Shown: positions 35,781 through 44,392 of the stretch, in pieces
Layout of the letters: every line of letters starts with the position of its first letter
Position numbering within the stretch: position 1 is the first letter of the stretch
Assembly: GCA_945861415.1 (NCBI GenBank)
Contig: CAMAUV010000001.1
Coordinates: forward strand, 121,194 to 185,193
Reading direction: 5' to 3'
DNA: 64,000 bases
From: Akkermansia muciniphila
GTDB taxonomy: Bacteria; Verrucomicrobiota; Verrucomicrobiia; Verrucomicrobiales; V1-33
Notes under the pieces: generated by a model
The model's database searches: none
Told to the model about the DNA's origin: nothing
What the model saw: the letters and a program-made list of their open reading frames with translations, nothing else
Translations under genes and position numbers: made by a program

Positions 35781-38402
35781 ATGCGCCAACTTTCAAAGCT
35801 CGGACTGCTCCTGAACGGAGCGTTGGTCCTCATGGCCGCGCTCAGTGCCCGCTCGGCGGAGGTCTTTGATCCGGCGCGACTGGAGCGCGAGGTGCTGGCG
35901 GCGGGCTTGCATGATCCGTTGCAGATCGACGCGCTGCCTAATGGCGACGTGCTCATCGCGGAAATGCAGGGCACGCTCAAGCGGTGGCGAGCGGCGACGC
36001 GGGATGTGGTCGAGGTGGGTCGTGTGTCGGTGACGGTATCTGTCGAACTGGGGCTCATCGGCGTGGCGGCGGCGGGCGACTTTGCGCAGAGCGGAAATGT
36101 GTTCCTGTTTTTCTGCCCGGCGGAGAAGCGCGACTCGCTGCGGCTGGCGAGGTTCATGATCGGCGCGGATGGACGGCTCGATCTTGCGTCGGAAAAGGTG
36201 TTGCTCGAATACCCGATCGAATTCGGCGGCGCGATCCACATGGGCGGCGGGCTGTTCTTTGACAAAGCGAGGGGCCATCTGATCCTCGGCACGGGCGACA
36301 ATTCGCCACCGATTCCCGGTCCGGCGGTGGATATTTCCCCGGACGGCTTGCTGCGCGATGCATTCCGGTCGAGCGGCAACTCGCAGGACTTGCGTGGGAA
36401 AATCCTGCGCATTCGTCCGCGCGCCGACGGCGGCTACGACATCCCGCCCGGCAATCTTTTCACCGACCCCGCGCAGGGCCGCCCGGAGATTTTCGCGATG
36501 GGTGTTCGCAATGGCTTTCACGCGTCGGTCGATCCGAAGACGGGCTGGATCGCTTGGGGCGACGTGGGGCCGAATACCGAGCCCGGGAGCGGTTCGGTGG
36601 GCTACGATGAATTCAACCTCGCGACGAAGGCGGGGAATTTCGGCCACCCGATGTTCACCGGGCTGAACGAGGCGTATCGGTCGCTCGGCGCGGACGGGAA
36701 GCCCGGCGAACTCTTCGACGCCGCGCGTCCGCTCAACCACTCGCCGCGCAACACCGGCTTGAAAGAGCTGCCGCCTGCACAGCCCGCGCTGCTGTGGTAT
36801 CCGACGACCGCGTCGAAGGATTTTCCCGAACTCGGCAGCGGCGCACGTTCCGCGATGGCCGGGCCGTTCCATCATTTCGACGCGGCGGTGAAGTCCGACC
36901 TCAAACTGCCGGAACATTTCGACGGCGCGCTTTTCATTTACGAATGGACGCGCAACTGGATCAAAGTCGTGCGGCTCACGGCGGAGGGAAAACTGGCCGG
37001 CATCGAGCCTTTTGCGCCGCAGTTTGTCTTCCGCAAGCCGATGGACATCAAGTTCGCGCCGGACCACACGATGTTCGTCCTCGAGTACGGCGACAAATGG
37101 CACGACAACACCGACGGGCAGTTGCTACGCCTGAGCTACCGGCGCGGGAATCGTCCGCCCGTGGCCGCGCTCGCCGCGTCCCCGCTCGCGGGTAAGCAGC
37201 CGCTGGAGGTGCGCTTCGACGCCGGCGCCTCGCGCGACACCGATGGCGATGCGCTCAAGTTTGCGTGGGATTTTGGCGGCGGCAAGACGTCGTCCGAAAC
37301 CGCGCCGCGCTTCACTTTCACCGAACCCGGTCAGCACACCGCCGCGCTGAAGGTCACCGATGCCGCAGGCGCGGTGAGCGAAAAGCGCACCGTTATCACC
37401 GTGGGCAATGCCGCACCACTGGTGGAAATCCTCGCGCCGCCGAACGGCGGATTTTTCGACCCCGGTCAGGCGGTGAATTTCGAAGTGCGCGCCACCGATG
37501 CCGAGGACGGCAACATCGCCCCGGAGCGCGTCACCGTGCAGGGCGTGTATCGCGCGGCGCGCAGTGGTGATGCCGTCCATCCCGGCCTCGCCATGATGCA
37601 GCGCACGACGTGTTTCGCCTGCCACACCGTGCGGGAGAAATCGGCGGGACCGTCGTATTTAGAGATCGCCCGCAAATATCAAAACGACGCGCCCGCCCGA
37701 GAAAAGCTGGCGGCGAAAATCATCTCCGGCGGCGGCGGCGTGTGGGGTCCGCAGATCATCATGCCGCCGCATCCGCAGCACACGCTCGGAGAAACGCAGC
37801 TCATGACGGACTGGATCCTCGGCCTCGCGCGTTCGCCCGAAGCGGCGGCGGTAACCGGCCTGACCGGCACGCTCAAGACCACCGCGGGCGGCGAGCGGCA
37901 GGACGGCGGCGTATTTGTCATCGCCGCCGCCTGTCAGGACAACGGTGCCGCCGGACTTCCGCCCCTGCGCGGCAGCGCCGAGCACATCCTGCACGCCCGC
38001 AAACGCAAAGCCGCCCTGCACGACGCATCGCAGGGAGTCGAGGTCGTGGATTTCATGGAAGGCGGCCACGGCCTCGTGGCGCGGCTGACGCACGGTGGAT
38101 GGCTGAAATTTTTCACGGTCAATCTCGCCGGTATCGAAAGCCTCACGCTCCGTCTCCAACCGTTCGCCGCTGTCGCGCTTGAAGTGCGCGCGGGTTCGCC
38201 GCAAGGCCCGCTCGTGGCGCAGACCGGCCCGCTCGACGCGGCGGGCGGATTCCGCGAAGTCACCATTCCCGTGACCGACCCCGGCGGCGTGAACGATCTC
38301 GTCTTCCTCGCCCGTACCGAGCCCGCGCAAAAAAGCAGTGTGCTCGACTTGAACTGGGTGCACTTTGTAAAAAAGAAAACACCAGCCACCACCAGTCCCT
38401 AA
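35781..38402 (+). CDS. PQQ-type soluble sugar (glucose/sorbosone) dehydrogenase-like propeller + PKD domain + cytochrome c domain + C-terminal CBM-like domain
   Basis: It has a signal peptide. The sGDH-like segments are GLIGVAAAGDF and GTGDNSPP. The PKD domain reads PLEVRFDAGASRDTDGDALKFAWDFGGG. The haem site is CFACHTVREKSAGPSY. The C-terminal beta-sandwich ends LDLNWVHFVKK. Confidence 0.85.
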   Translation: MRQLSKLGLLLNGALVLMAALSARSAEVFDPARLEREVLAAGLHDPLQIDALPNGDVLIAEMQGTLKRWRAATRDVVEVGRVSVTVSVELGLIGVAAAGDFAQSGNVFLFFCPAEKRDSLRLARFMIGADGRLDLASEKVLLEYPIEFGGAIHMGGGLFFDKARGHLILGTGDNSPPIPGPAVDISPDGLLRDAFRSSGNSQDLRGKILRIRPRADGGYDIPPGNLFTDPAQGRPEIFAMGVRNGFHASVDPKTGWIAWGDVGPNTEPGSGSVGYDEFNLATKAGNFGHPMFTGLNEAYRSLGADGKPGELFDAARPLNHSPRNTGLKELPPAQPALLWYPTTASKDFPELGSGARSAMAGPFHHFDAAVKSDLKLPEHFDGALFIYEWTRNWIKVVRLTAEGKLAGIEPFAPQFVFRKPMDIKFAPDHTMFVLEYGDKWHDNTDGQLLRLSYRRGNRPPVAALAASPLAGKQPLEVRFDAGASRDTDGDALKFAWDFGGGKTSSETAPRFTFTEPGQHTAALKVTDAAGAVSEKRTVITVGNAAPLVEILAPPNGGFFDPGQAVNFEVRATDAEDGNIAPERVTVQGVYRAARSGDAVHPGLAMMQRTTCFACHTVREKSAGPSYLEIARKYQNDAPAREKLAAKIISGGGGVWGPQIIMPPHPQHTLGETQLMTDWILGLARSPEAAAVTGLTGTLKTTAGGERQDGGVFVIAAACQDNGAAGLPPLRGSAEHILHARKRKAALHDASQGVEVVDFMEGGHGLVARLTHGGWLKFFTVNLAGIESLTLRLQPFAAVALEVRAGSPQGPLVAQTGPLDAAGGFREVTIPVTDPGGVNDLVFLARTEPAQKSSVLDLNWVHFVKKKTPATTSP

Positions 38403-38425
38403 CCACTATAAAATCATTCCAACTC

Positions 38426-39349
38426 ATGAAAAAATTCACTCTCGCCATTCCCCTCGCCGCCGTTCTTTTCAGTGCGTTGGCGGAACAGCCTCCCGTAATT
38501 TCACCACCACCGGCCGTCGTGCCCGTGGACATCACCAAGCCGTGGCCCAGCCCGGAAGTGGTGCAGCGCATCAAGATGCCTCCGCCGCGCTCGAAGAAGG
38601 AAGTCGAGCCGATGCTCGCCGCCCTGCCGCCGATGACCGATGCGGAAAAGCAGCGCTCCTTCCACATCGTCCTTTGCGCCGCAGATAAGGATCCGGGGCA
38701 CAATGGCCCGGGCTTTCACGACTATCCCATCTGGCGCGAACGCTGGACGAAAATCCTCGCCGGGGTTCCTGCCGTCACCACCGAGCCCGCGGACAAATGG
38801 CCGACCGAGGAGCAATTAAAGAAGGCCGATGTCATCGCATTTTTCCACCACAACCCCGCCTGGACCGCAGCCAAGGGGCCGGAGCTGGATGCCTATCTCG
38901 CGCGCGGCGGCGGTCTGGTCTTTCTGCATTTTTCCATCAACGGAAACAAAGAACCCCAACCGCTCGCCGAGCGCATCGGCCGCTCGTGGACCGGCAACAA
39001 ATGGCTGCGCGGCGACATGAACCTGAAATTCAGCGCACACGAAATCACCAAGGGACTTCCCGAATCCGACATCCGCCCCGAGGAGCCATACTGGAAGCTT
39101 CTCGGCGAAGCCGCAGGCACCACCACCATAGCCGCCATGGATGCCGACGGCGCCGCGCAGCCGCAAGCATGGAGTGTCGAGCGCGGCGGCGGCCGCATCT
39201 TCGTCTATCTCCCCTGCCACTTCACCTGGACCCACGACGACCCGCTCTTCCGCGTTCTCGCCTACCGCGGCCTCTGTTGGACGGCCAAACGCCCACTCAA
39301 CCGGCTCGACGCGGCGATCTTCACCGGGGCGAGGGTCAGCGAGCCGTAG
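38426..39349 (+). CDS. ThuA-like domain protein, secreted
   Basis: It has a signal peptide. The motifs FHIVLCAADKDPGHNGPGFHDY, ADVIAFFHH, GGGLVFLHFS and ERGGGRIFVYLPCH are ThuA-like. Confidence 0.78.
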   Translation: MKKFTLAIPLAAVLFSALAEQPPVISPPPAVVPVDITKPWPSPEVVQRIKMPPPRSKKEVEPMLAALPPMTDAEKQRSFHIVLCAADKDPGHNGPGFHDYPIWRERWTKILAGVPAVTTEPADKWPTEEQLKKADVIAFFHHNPAWTAAKGPELDAYLARGGGLVFLHFSINGNKEPQPLAERIGRSWTGNKWLRGDMNLKFSAHEITKGLPESDIRPEEPYWKLLGEAAGTTTIAAMDADGAAQPQAWSVERGGGRIFVYLPCHFTWTHDDPLFRVLAYRGLCWTAKRPLNRLDAAIFTGARVSEP

Positions 39350-39360
39350 ACATATTTGAA

Positions 39361-39379
39361 ATTCGAAATTCGAACTTCG
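39361..39379. repeat. Left copy of a 19-nt direct repeat (ATTCGAAATTCGAACTTCG) flanking the esterase gene
   Basis: It is 17/19 identical to 40330-40348 (ATTCAAGATTCGAACTTCG). It contains tandem palindromic TTCGAA cores. Confidence 0.7.
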
Positions 39380-39389
39380 CCAGTTCACC

Positions 39390-40322
39390 ATGAAACATAC
39401 CATCAAATTCATCCCCCTCCTGCTCGGCGCGCTGGCCGTCACGACCGCCATCGCTGAGGAGCCGAAGAAAGACGATCCCCAACCCATCCTCGACCGCCTG
39501 CCGAAAGAGGCCATCATCGAGAGGGACATCGTCTATGCCACCAATGGCGACCGCCAGATGCTGCTCGACGTCTATCGTCTCCCGTCGGACAAGCCGCTGC
39601 CGCTGGTCATCTGGATTTATGGCGGGGCCTGGGACTGGGGCTCGAAGGATCGCTCGAATCCGATCATCGGTCTCGTGGCGCGCGGCTATGCCGTTTCGTC
39701 GATCAGCTACACCAAGAGCCGGGAGGAAATCTTTCCCGCCGTGATCAACGACTGTCGCGCGGCGGTGAGTTTTCTGCGCTTCAACGCCGCTCGCTACAAT
39801 CTCGATCCCAACCGCTTTGGCGCGGCTGGCGAATCATCCGGCGGACATCTGACGGCCCTGCTGGGGACGGTGGGCGACACGGAGGAGTTCACCAACCACC
39901 CGATCACGAAAAAAGCCTCGTCCGCCCTGCAAGCCGTCAGCCCATGGTGCGGTCCGACGGACTTTTTGAAACTCAATGACGTCAAGTGCGCCCAGGATTA
40001 TTCCAGGAAACATTCAGCACCTTCCCGCCTGCTGGGCGCACCGATCAAGGAAGTCCCCGAAAAATGTCGGCAGGCCAATCCCATCACCTACATCAGCAAG
40101 AGCGACCCGCCATTCTTCATCGTTCACGGCGACCAGGATTTCGCCGTTCCCCTTAACCAAAGCGAGCTGCTCCACGCGGCGCTTCAGCAGGCCGGCGTGC
40201 CCTCGGCTCTTCATGTGGTCAAAGGCGGCGACCACGGCTTTTCCAAAGTTGAAACAACCAGAGACCAGGTCGTCGATAAGGTCGCGGAATTTTTCGATGG
40301 GCAGTTTAAGAAGGAGAAATAG
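39390..40322 (+). CDS. Alpha/beta-hydrolase esterase, secreted
   Basis: It has a signal peptide, an oxyanion-type IWIYGGAW, the nucleophile elbow GESSGGH, and the C-terminal FFIVHGDQDFAV ... GGDHGF. Confidence 0.85.
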   Translation: MKHTIKFIPLLLGALAVTTAIAEEPKKDDPQPILDRLPKEAIIERDIVYATNGDRQMLLDVYRLPSDKPLPLVIWIYGGAWDWGSKDRSNPIIGLVARGYAVSSISYTKSREEIFPAVINDCRAAVSFLRFNAARYNLDPNRFGAAGESSGGHLTALLGTVGDTEEFTNHPITKKASSALQAVSPWCGPTDFLKLNDVKCAQDYSRKHSAPSRLLGAPIKEVPEKCRQANPITYISKSDPPFFIVHGDQDFAVPLNQSELLHAALQQAGVPSALHVVKGGDHGFSKVETTRDQVVDKVAEFFDGQFKKEK

Positions 40323-40329
40323 AGTTAGG

Positions 40330-40348
40330 ATTCAAGATTCGAACTTCG
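40330..40348. repeat. Right copy of the 19-nt direct repeat flanking the esterase gene
   Basis: See 39361-39379. It is followed by tandem CACTTCT units (40355-40372). Confidence 0.7.
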
Positions 40349-40387
40349 AGTTACTCACTTCTCACTTCTCACCTCGCCTCCCCGGTC

Positions 40388-41413
40388 CTACTTCTTCGCC
40401 TTCCTAGCATAAGCCGCCACTTCCCTGGCTGCTCTCGTTTCCTCTCCCGGCTTGCCGAGAAAACCGAGATCAGTGAACCACTCGATGTAGCGGTCATACC
40501 ACTTGGCGTAAGGTATGGCATGGGGCGCGGTGTTCCGTTTCACCCCATGCCCGCCGCGTCCGTAGATGTGCATCTCCAAGTTCGGCACATCCTCCTTCAG
40601 CATCGCGTTAAAATAGTCCACCGCCCAGATCGCGTGCGCTTTGTCGCCCGTCCCCGCACACGCGAGGAAGCTCGGCGGCACATTCCCCGGGATCGCTGTC
40701 TCCGGTGCCTGGGTGAACGGTGTCGGTCCCGGATAAATGATGCCAACGAAGTCCGGACGGGCCGAAAACTTTGAGAGCTGATCATTCGGATCATTGTTCT
40801 TCCTAGCAAACTCCTCGAAGAGCAACGCCGCCGGTGCAGCCAGCTCCGCCCCCGCCGAGAATCCGATGATGCCAATCTTGTTCGGGTCCAGTTCCCATTC
40901 CGCGGCTTTTGAGCGGACGAGACGAATGGCCTGCTGCGCATCATTGACCGCATCCCTAGCCGCGTCGTAACCGTCCCCGGCCAGACGATTGCGCAGGATG
41001 AAGGTCGAGATTCCGAGCTTGTCGTTCGGTTCCACGTAATCCGTGCCATCGGATCCCACCCACAAAATAGTGTGGCCTCCGCCGGGAATGAGGATCATGG
41101 TCGCGCCATTCAGCGTGCGGTCCTTCGCGAGATGCACCTCGAGGGACGGATTGTGGACATTGACCACTGTGCGAATGATCGCGCCCTTGCCGCCGGCGTG
41201 AGTGTTGTATTTCTCCGCCTCGTGGATGCGCTCTCTCTTGAGCAGCGGCGAGTCCGGTGGATACAGCGGGAGGATCGTGCCCCCGGCCTTGATCACCTGC
41301 GGCTGGAATGGGCCGTCGGCGGGCTTTCTCTCCTCCACGGGCGCAGCCGTCTGTGCGACCACCAGTCCGGTGAACGCAGTCAGAGCAACGAAAGTCAGTA
41401 AAGTCGTTTTCAT
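40388..41413 (-). CDS. Alpha/beta-hydrolase esterase, secreted
   Basis: A start at ATG 41413 gives the signal peptide MKTTLLTFVALTAFTGLVVAQ. It has MILIPGGGH and the nucleophile elbow GFSAGAE. The supplied ORF (to 41707) extends through a repeat element and into the upstream gene. Confidence 0.85.
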   Translation of the reverse strand: MKTTLLTFVALTAFTGLVVAQTAAPVEERKPADGPFQPQVIKAGGTILPLYPPDSPLLKRERIHEAEKYNTHAGGKGAIIRTVVNVHNPSLEVHLAKDRTLNGATMILIPGGGHTILWVGSDGTDYVEPNDKLGISTFILRNRLAGDGYDAARDAVNDAQQAIRLVRSKAAEWELDPNKIGIIGFSAGAELAAPAALLFEEFARKNNDPNDQLSKFSARPDFVGIIYPGPTPFTQAPETAIPGNVPPSFLACAGTGDKAHAIWAVDYFNAMLKEDVPNLEMHIYGRGGHGVKRNTAPHAIPYAKWYDRYIEWFTDLGFLGKPGEETRAAREVAAYARKAKK

Positions 41414-41431
41414 ATCTGCCAGTAAATTCCA

Positions 41432-41490
41432 TTCGCGCCCGCCGCACCGTAGACGATCACAACCGGGACGGGCGTCGGGGAGTGAGGGGG
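41432..41490 (-). repeat. Copy A of a 55-75-nt conserved element (sense: CACTCCCCGACGCCCGTCCC..TG(A)(Y)CGT.T.CGGTGCGGCGGGCGCGAA)
   Basis: Aligned by eye with copies at 42815-42870, 46869-46927 and 47103-47178. It ends 18 nt before the start codon at 41413 and begins about 25 nt after the stop of the upstream gene. Confidence 0.8.
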
Positions 41491-41514
41491 TCTGGTGTCG
41501 TGTCGGGCTTGCGG

Positions 41515-42783
41515 CTATCCCGGCGTCTTCACGCGGATGTTGTGAAAGCGCACTTCCTTCCACGGCCAGTGCGCCTGGAGGCCGATGCCTCCGCTGTCCG
41601 GAAACTTCGGATCGACCTCCTGAATCGGGTAGCGGTCCACCGTCATGCGTCCATTGAGCCAGACGGAGACGACGTTGTTTTCCACGCGCACGTCGAGGTA
41701 GTTCCATTGGCCGGGCGGATTATCCATCCGCACGGCTGGACGCACGGCCTTGCCGAGATCCTGGATGTTCTTCTGCGCGGGCACATACGTATGCAACACA
41801 CCCCACAGGCCACTGCCCCACTTGTGCTCCCAAATGTCCGCCTGCCAAGGATGCACGCCGCGCAGATAGATGCCGGAGTTGATGTTGCCCGGGTCGGGAT
41901 CGGCGAACATGAACTCGAGGCGCAGGCGATAATTCGCGAAGTCCTTCTTCCTCGTCACGATGCTCGGCCCCGGTCCCTTGAAGGTCCACTGCAAGCCCTC
42001 GCGCACCCAGTGCTGCTCCATCGGGCCGTTGCCGCCGAAGCCGGGATAGACCTCCCATTCGGCGACATCCATAAGGCTGCGGTAGCTGAGTTCCCGGACG
42101 CGCAGGTTGCGCAATTCGAGCGGGCCCTGGAACACGCGGAAGCCGAGGTAGCCGCATCGGGGGACGTAGTCATTGCACGTCCACGCCTGCTGGCCGTTGC
42201 AGGTGAGTGTGATGACGTTCTTCTCGGCCAGCACTCGCCAGGTGTTCCATTCGCCGACCGGCTTCTGCAATGCCGGCACGGCCTTCCGCGCCTTGCCCTG
42301 GCCCCCGATCATCCCCGTGGCACTGGCGTTGTATTCGCCCTCGCTGCGGTCATTCTCCTGCGGGCCGCCTTCGAGTCCCTTCGCGATGCGCATCGGTGCC
42401 GCATCGAGCAGGCGTCCGCTGTGGACGTAGAAGTCCGCGTCATAGCTCTCCGAGGTCACGCGCCACTCAAACTCAAACTCAAACGCTTCGTATTCCCACT
42501 GCGACGCAAGGATGGCCTTCGCATCGCCCGCGCCGATGATGACGCCGTTCTCGACCTTCCATGCCGCGGGCGGCTGTTTGGCCATCGCGGCACTGTCGCC
42601 AAATCGCCATCCGGTGAAATCACGACCATTGAAGAGCGAAACGAACTCGCCGGATGCCGTCGCGACTGGTTTTGCCCCCTCATCGGCAGCCGAAGCCGGA
42701 TGGAGGGGCCAGGCGAGCGCCAGAAGCGCAATGAGGTTGATGGAACTGCGGAGGAAGTGGCGGCGGGTGAGTTGGGTGGTCAT
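41515..42783 (-). CDS. Tat-signal protein with two DUF1080 (3-keto-disaccharide hydrolase family) domains
   Basis: The Tat signal is MTTQLTRRHFLRSSINLIALLALA. It has two repeats of the LFNGRDFTGWRF...WKVENGVIIG / ...GGIGLQAHW..VRFHNIRVK pattern typical of DUF1080. Confidence 0.85.
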   Translation of the reverse strand: MTTQLTRRHFLRSSINLIALLALAWPLHPASAADEGAKPVATASGEFVSLFNGRDFTGWRFGDSAAMAKQPPAAWKVENGVIIGAGDAKAILASQWEYEAFEFEFEWRVTSESYDADFYVHSGRLLDAAPMRIAKGLEGGPQENDRSEGEYNASATGMIGGQGKARKAVPALQKPVGEWNTWRVLAEKNVITLTCNGQQAWTCNDYVPRCGYLGFRVFQGPLELRNLRVRELSYRSLMDVAEWEVYPGFGGNGPMEQHWVREGLQWTFKGPGPSIVTRKKDFANYRLRLEFMFADPDPGNINSGIYLRGVHPWQADIWEHKWGSGLWGVLHTYVPAQKNIQDLGKAVRPAVRMDNPPGQWNYLDVRVENNVVSVWLNGRMTVDRYPIQEVDPKFPDSGGIGLQAHWPWKEVRFHNIRVKTPG

Positions 42784-42814
42784 AAACTGCTGGGAATTTT
42801 CTGCTCGGGATTTG

Positions 42815-42870
42815 CTTTCGCGCCCGCCGCACCGGAAACGGTCAGAACGGGGACGGGCGTCGGGGAGTGA
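42815..42870 (-). repeat. Copy B of the conserved element
   Basis: The plus strand reads ctttcgcgcccgccgcaccggaaacggtcagaacggggacgggcgtcggggagtga. It ends 33 nt before the start codon at 42783. Confidence 0.8.
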
Positions 42871-42966
42871 AGTTTGTTGTCGAGTGCCATGCGGGGGAGG
42901 TCATTTATTTTTGCTTCGCTGCTGAGTTGCTTCGCGCTCCCCTTCTCCAAACCGGAGCTATCCCGC

Positions 42967-44373
42967 TCAGACGTTGGCGAGGCGGCCGGTGGAGTCGCCG
43001 AAGCGTTCGAGAGTTTTCAATCCGACGCGGTCGGCCATGCTGAGGAAGAGGTTGGTGACGGGCTGGGTGCCGTGATCCACATGGCGGCCGGGCTTGAGGG
43101 TGCCGCCGGCGCCGCCGGCGAGGAGGATGGGGAGATTGGCGTGGGTGTGGAGGTTGCCGTCGGCGCAACCGCTGCCGTAGAGGATCTGGGAGTTGTGGAG
43201 CAGCGAGTGGCCGTCGAGGTCGGGCGTGTCGGCCATCTTTTTGAGAAACTTGGCGAACTGCGCGGCATACCAGTGCTCGATCTTGGCGACTTTGGCCACG
43301 AGTTCGGGCTTGTTCTGGTGGTGGGAAATGTCGTGGTGGCCTTCGGGGACGCCGATTTCGCTGAAGGAGCGGTTCGTGCCGTCGGCGGCGGTCATGAAGC
43401 TGATGACGCGGGTGGAGTCGGTCTGGAAGGCGAGCAGCATCAAGTCGTACATGAGTCCGACGTATTCGCCGTATTCGATGGGGATGCCGGCGGGTGTGTC
43501 CACGCCGGGATCTTTTGGCAGGCCGAGGCGCTCGGCTTTCTGGATGCGGACTTCGAGTTCGCGCACGCCGGTAAGGTATTGGTCGAGTTTCTCCTGATCG
43601 CGCGCGCTGAGCTTGGTCTTCATGGCGCGGGCGTCGTCGCGGATAAAGTCGAGGATGGACCGCTGCTGCTGCTGGCGTGCGAGGAGCAATGCTTCGCGCT
43701 GGCCGGCGGTGCCGGTGCCAAAGAGCCGCTCGAAGAGGAGGCGTGGGTTGCCCTCGGTCGAGAGGGGCGTGTTCGTCGCGGTCCAAGAGAGGTGGTATTG
43801 GTAGGCGCAGGCGTAGCGGTCGTCGCAGTATATTTTGCGGATCGACAGTGAGTCGGAGGCGATCTGGAGGGAGGGGAAACGGGTGAGGTGCCCGATCTCG
43901 CGCGCGATGAGCTGGTCGATGGAGATGCCGTTGCGGATGTCTTTCTCGCTTTTGCGCAGGCGGGTGCCGGTGAGAAAGGTGCCGGTGGCGCGCGCGTGAT
44001 CGCCGCCGCCGTCATTGCCGCTCTCGTGGACGGCTTCGGCGGCCTGATGCCCCAGCCCGCGGATCACCTGCAAGTGCTGCTTGCTGGCTGCGAGTGGTTC
44101 CAGCGTGGGGCTGAGGGCGAAATCACTACCGGTAGTCGCGGGCCACCACGAGGCGGGGATGGCGCCATTGGGAAAATAGACAAACGCCGTGCGGAGCGGG
44201 CGGCCGGTGGCGGTCACGCCGAGCTGGCCGGCGCTGGCTTCCGCGCCCAGCAGGCGGGTTGGGAAAAGGGACTCCATCGCGGGCAGTGCGAGCGAGACTC
44301 CGAAGCCGCGGAGAAAACTGCGGCGGCTGACATCTAGGTGCTGCTGGGCGGCGCGGGTTGCGGGCGTGGTCAT
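42967..44373 (-). CDS. DUF1552 domain protein (Tat signal), partner of the upstream PSD-type protein
   Basis: A start at ATG 44373 gives MTTPATRAAQQHLDVSRRSFLRGFGVSLALPAMESL, the typical DUF1552 N-terminus. It lies 19 nt downstream of the stop of the 822-aa gene. Confidence 0.88.
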   Translation of the reverse strand: MTTPATRAAQQHLDVSRRSFLRGFGVSLALPAMESLFPTRLLGAEASAGQLGVTATGRPLRTAFVYFPNGAIPASWWPATTGSDFALSPTLEPLAASKQHLQVIRGLGHQAAEAVHESGNDGGGDHARATGTFLTGTRLRKSEKDIRNGISIDQLIAREIGHLTRFPSLQIASDSLSIRKIYCDDRYACAYQYHLSWTATNTPLSTEGNPRLLFERLFGTGTAGQREALLLARQQQQRSILDFIRDDARAMKTKLSARDQEKLDQYLTGVRELEVRIQKAERLGLPKDPGVDTPAGIPIEYGEYVGLMYDLMLLAFQTDSTRVISFMTAADGTNRSFSEIGVPEGHHDISHHQNKPELVAKVAKIEHWYAAQFAKFLKKMADTPDLDGHSLLHNSQILYGSGCADGNLHTHANLPILLAGGAGGTLKPGRHVDHGTQPVTNLFLSMADRVGLKTLERFGDSTGRLANV

Positions 44374-44392
44374 CGGGATTGGTGGTGTGGAG

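Noticed and set aside
39355-40350. TTCGAA-containing motifs, checked as possible tRNA T-arm remnants or att sites (GGTTCGAATCC-like).
   Set aside because: No cloverleaf can be built around them, there is no acceptor stem or anticodon arm, and there is no integrase nearby. They are kept only as direct repeats.
40388-41707. N-terminal extensions in the supplied ORFs: 40388-41707, 42967-44526, 44393-47068, 21613-25449, 60856-62241, 33564-34406, 5312-6484 and 19700-21682.
   Set aside because: In each case an internal ATG gives a canonical Sec or Tat signal or a family-typical N-terminus. The extension either overlaps the upstream gene or reads through the intergenic repeat element. I therefore trimmed the starts.
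41482-42870. Long plus-strand ORF (462 aa) antisense to the DUF1080 gene. Similar long antisense ORFs lie at 42874-43851, 44189-45583, 35793-37103, 31102-32286, 26101-27465, 19724-20989, 18689-19711, 58814-60004 and 60014-60925.
   Set aside because: These are shadow ORFs, typical of GC-rich DNA. Their translations are Arg/Gly/Ala/Pro-rich and lack motifs, signal peptides and sensible starts. In every case the opposite strand carries a gene with clear family signatures.
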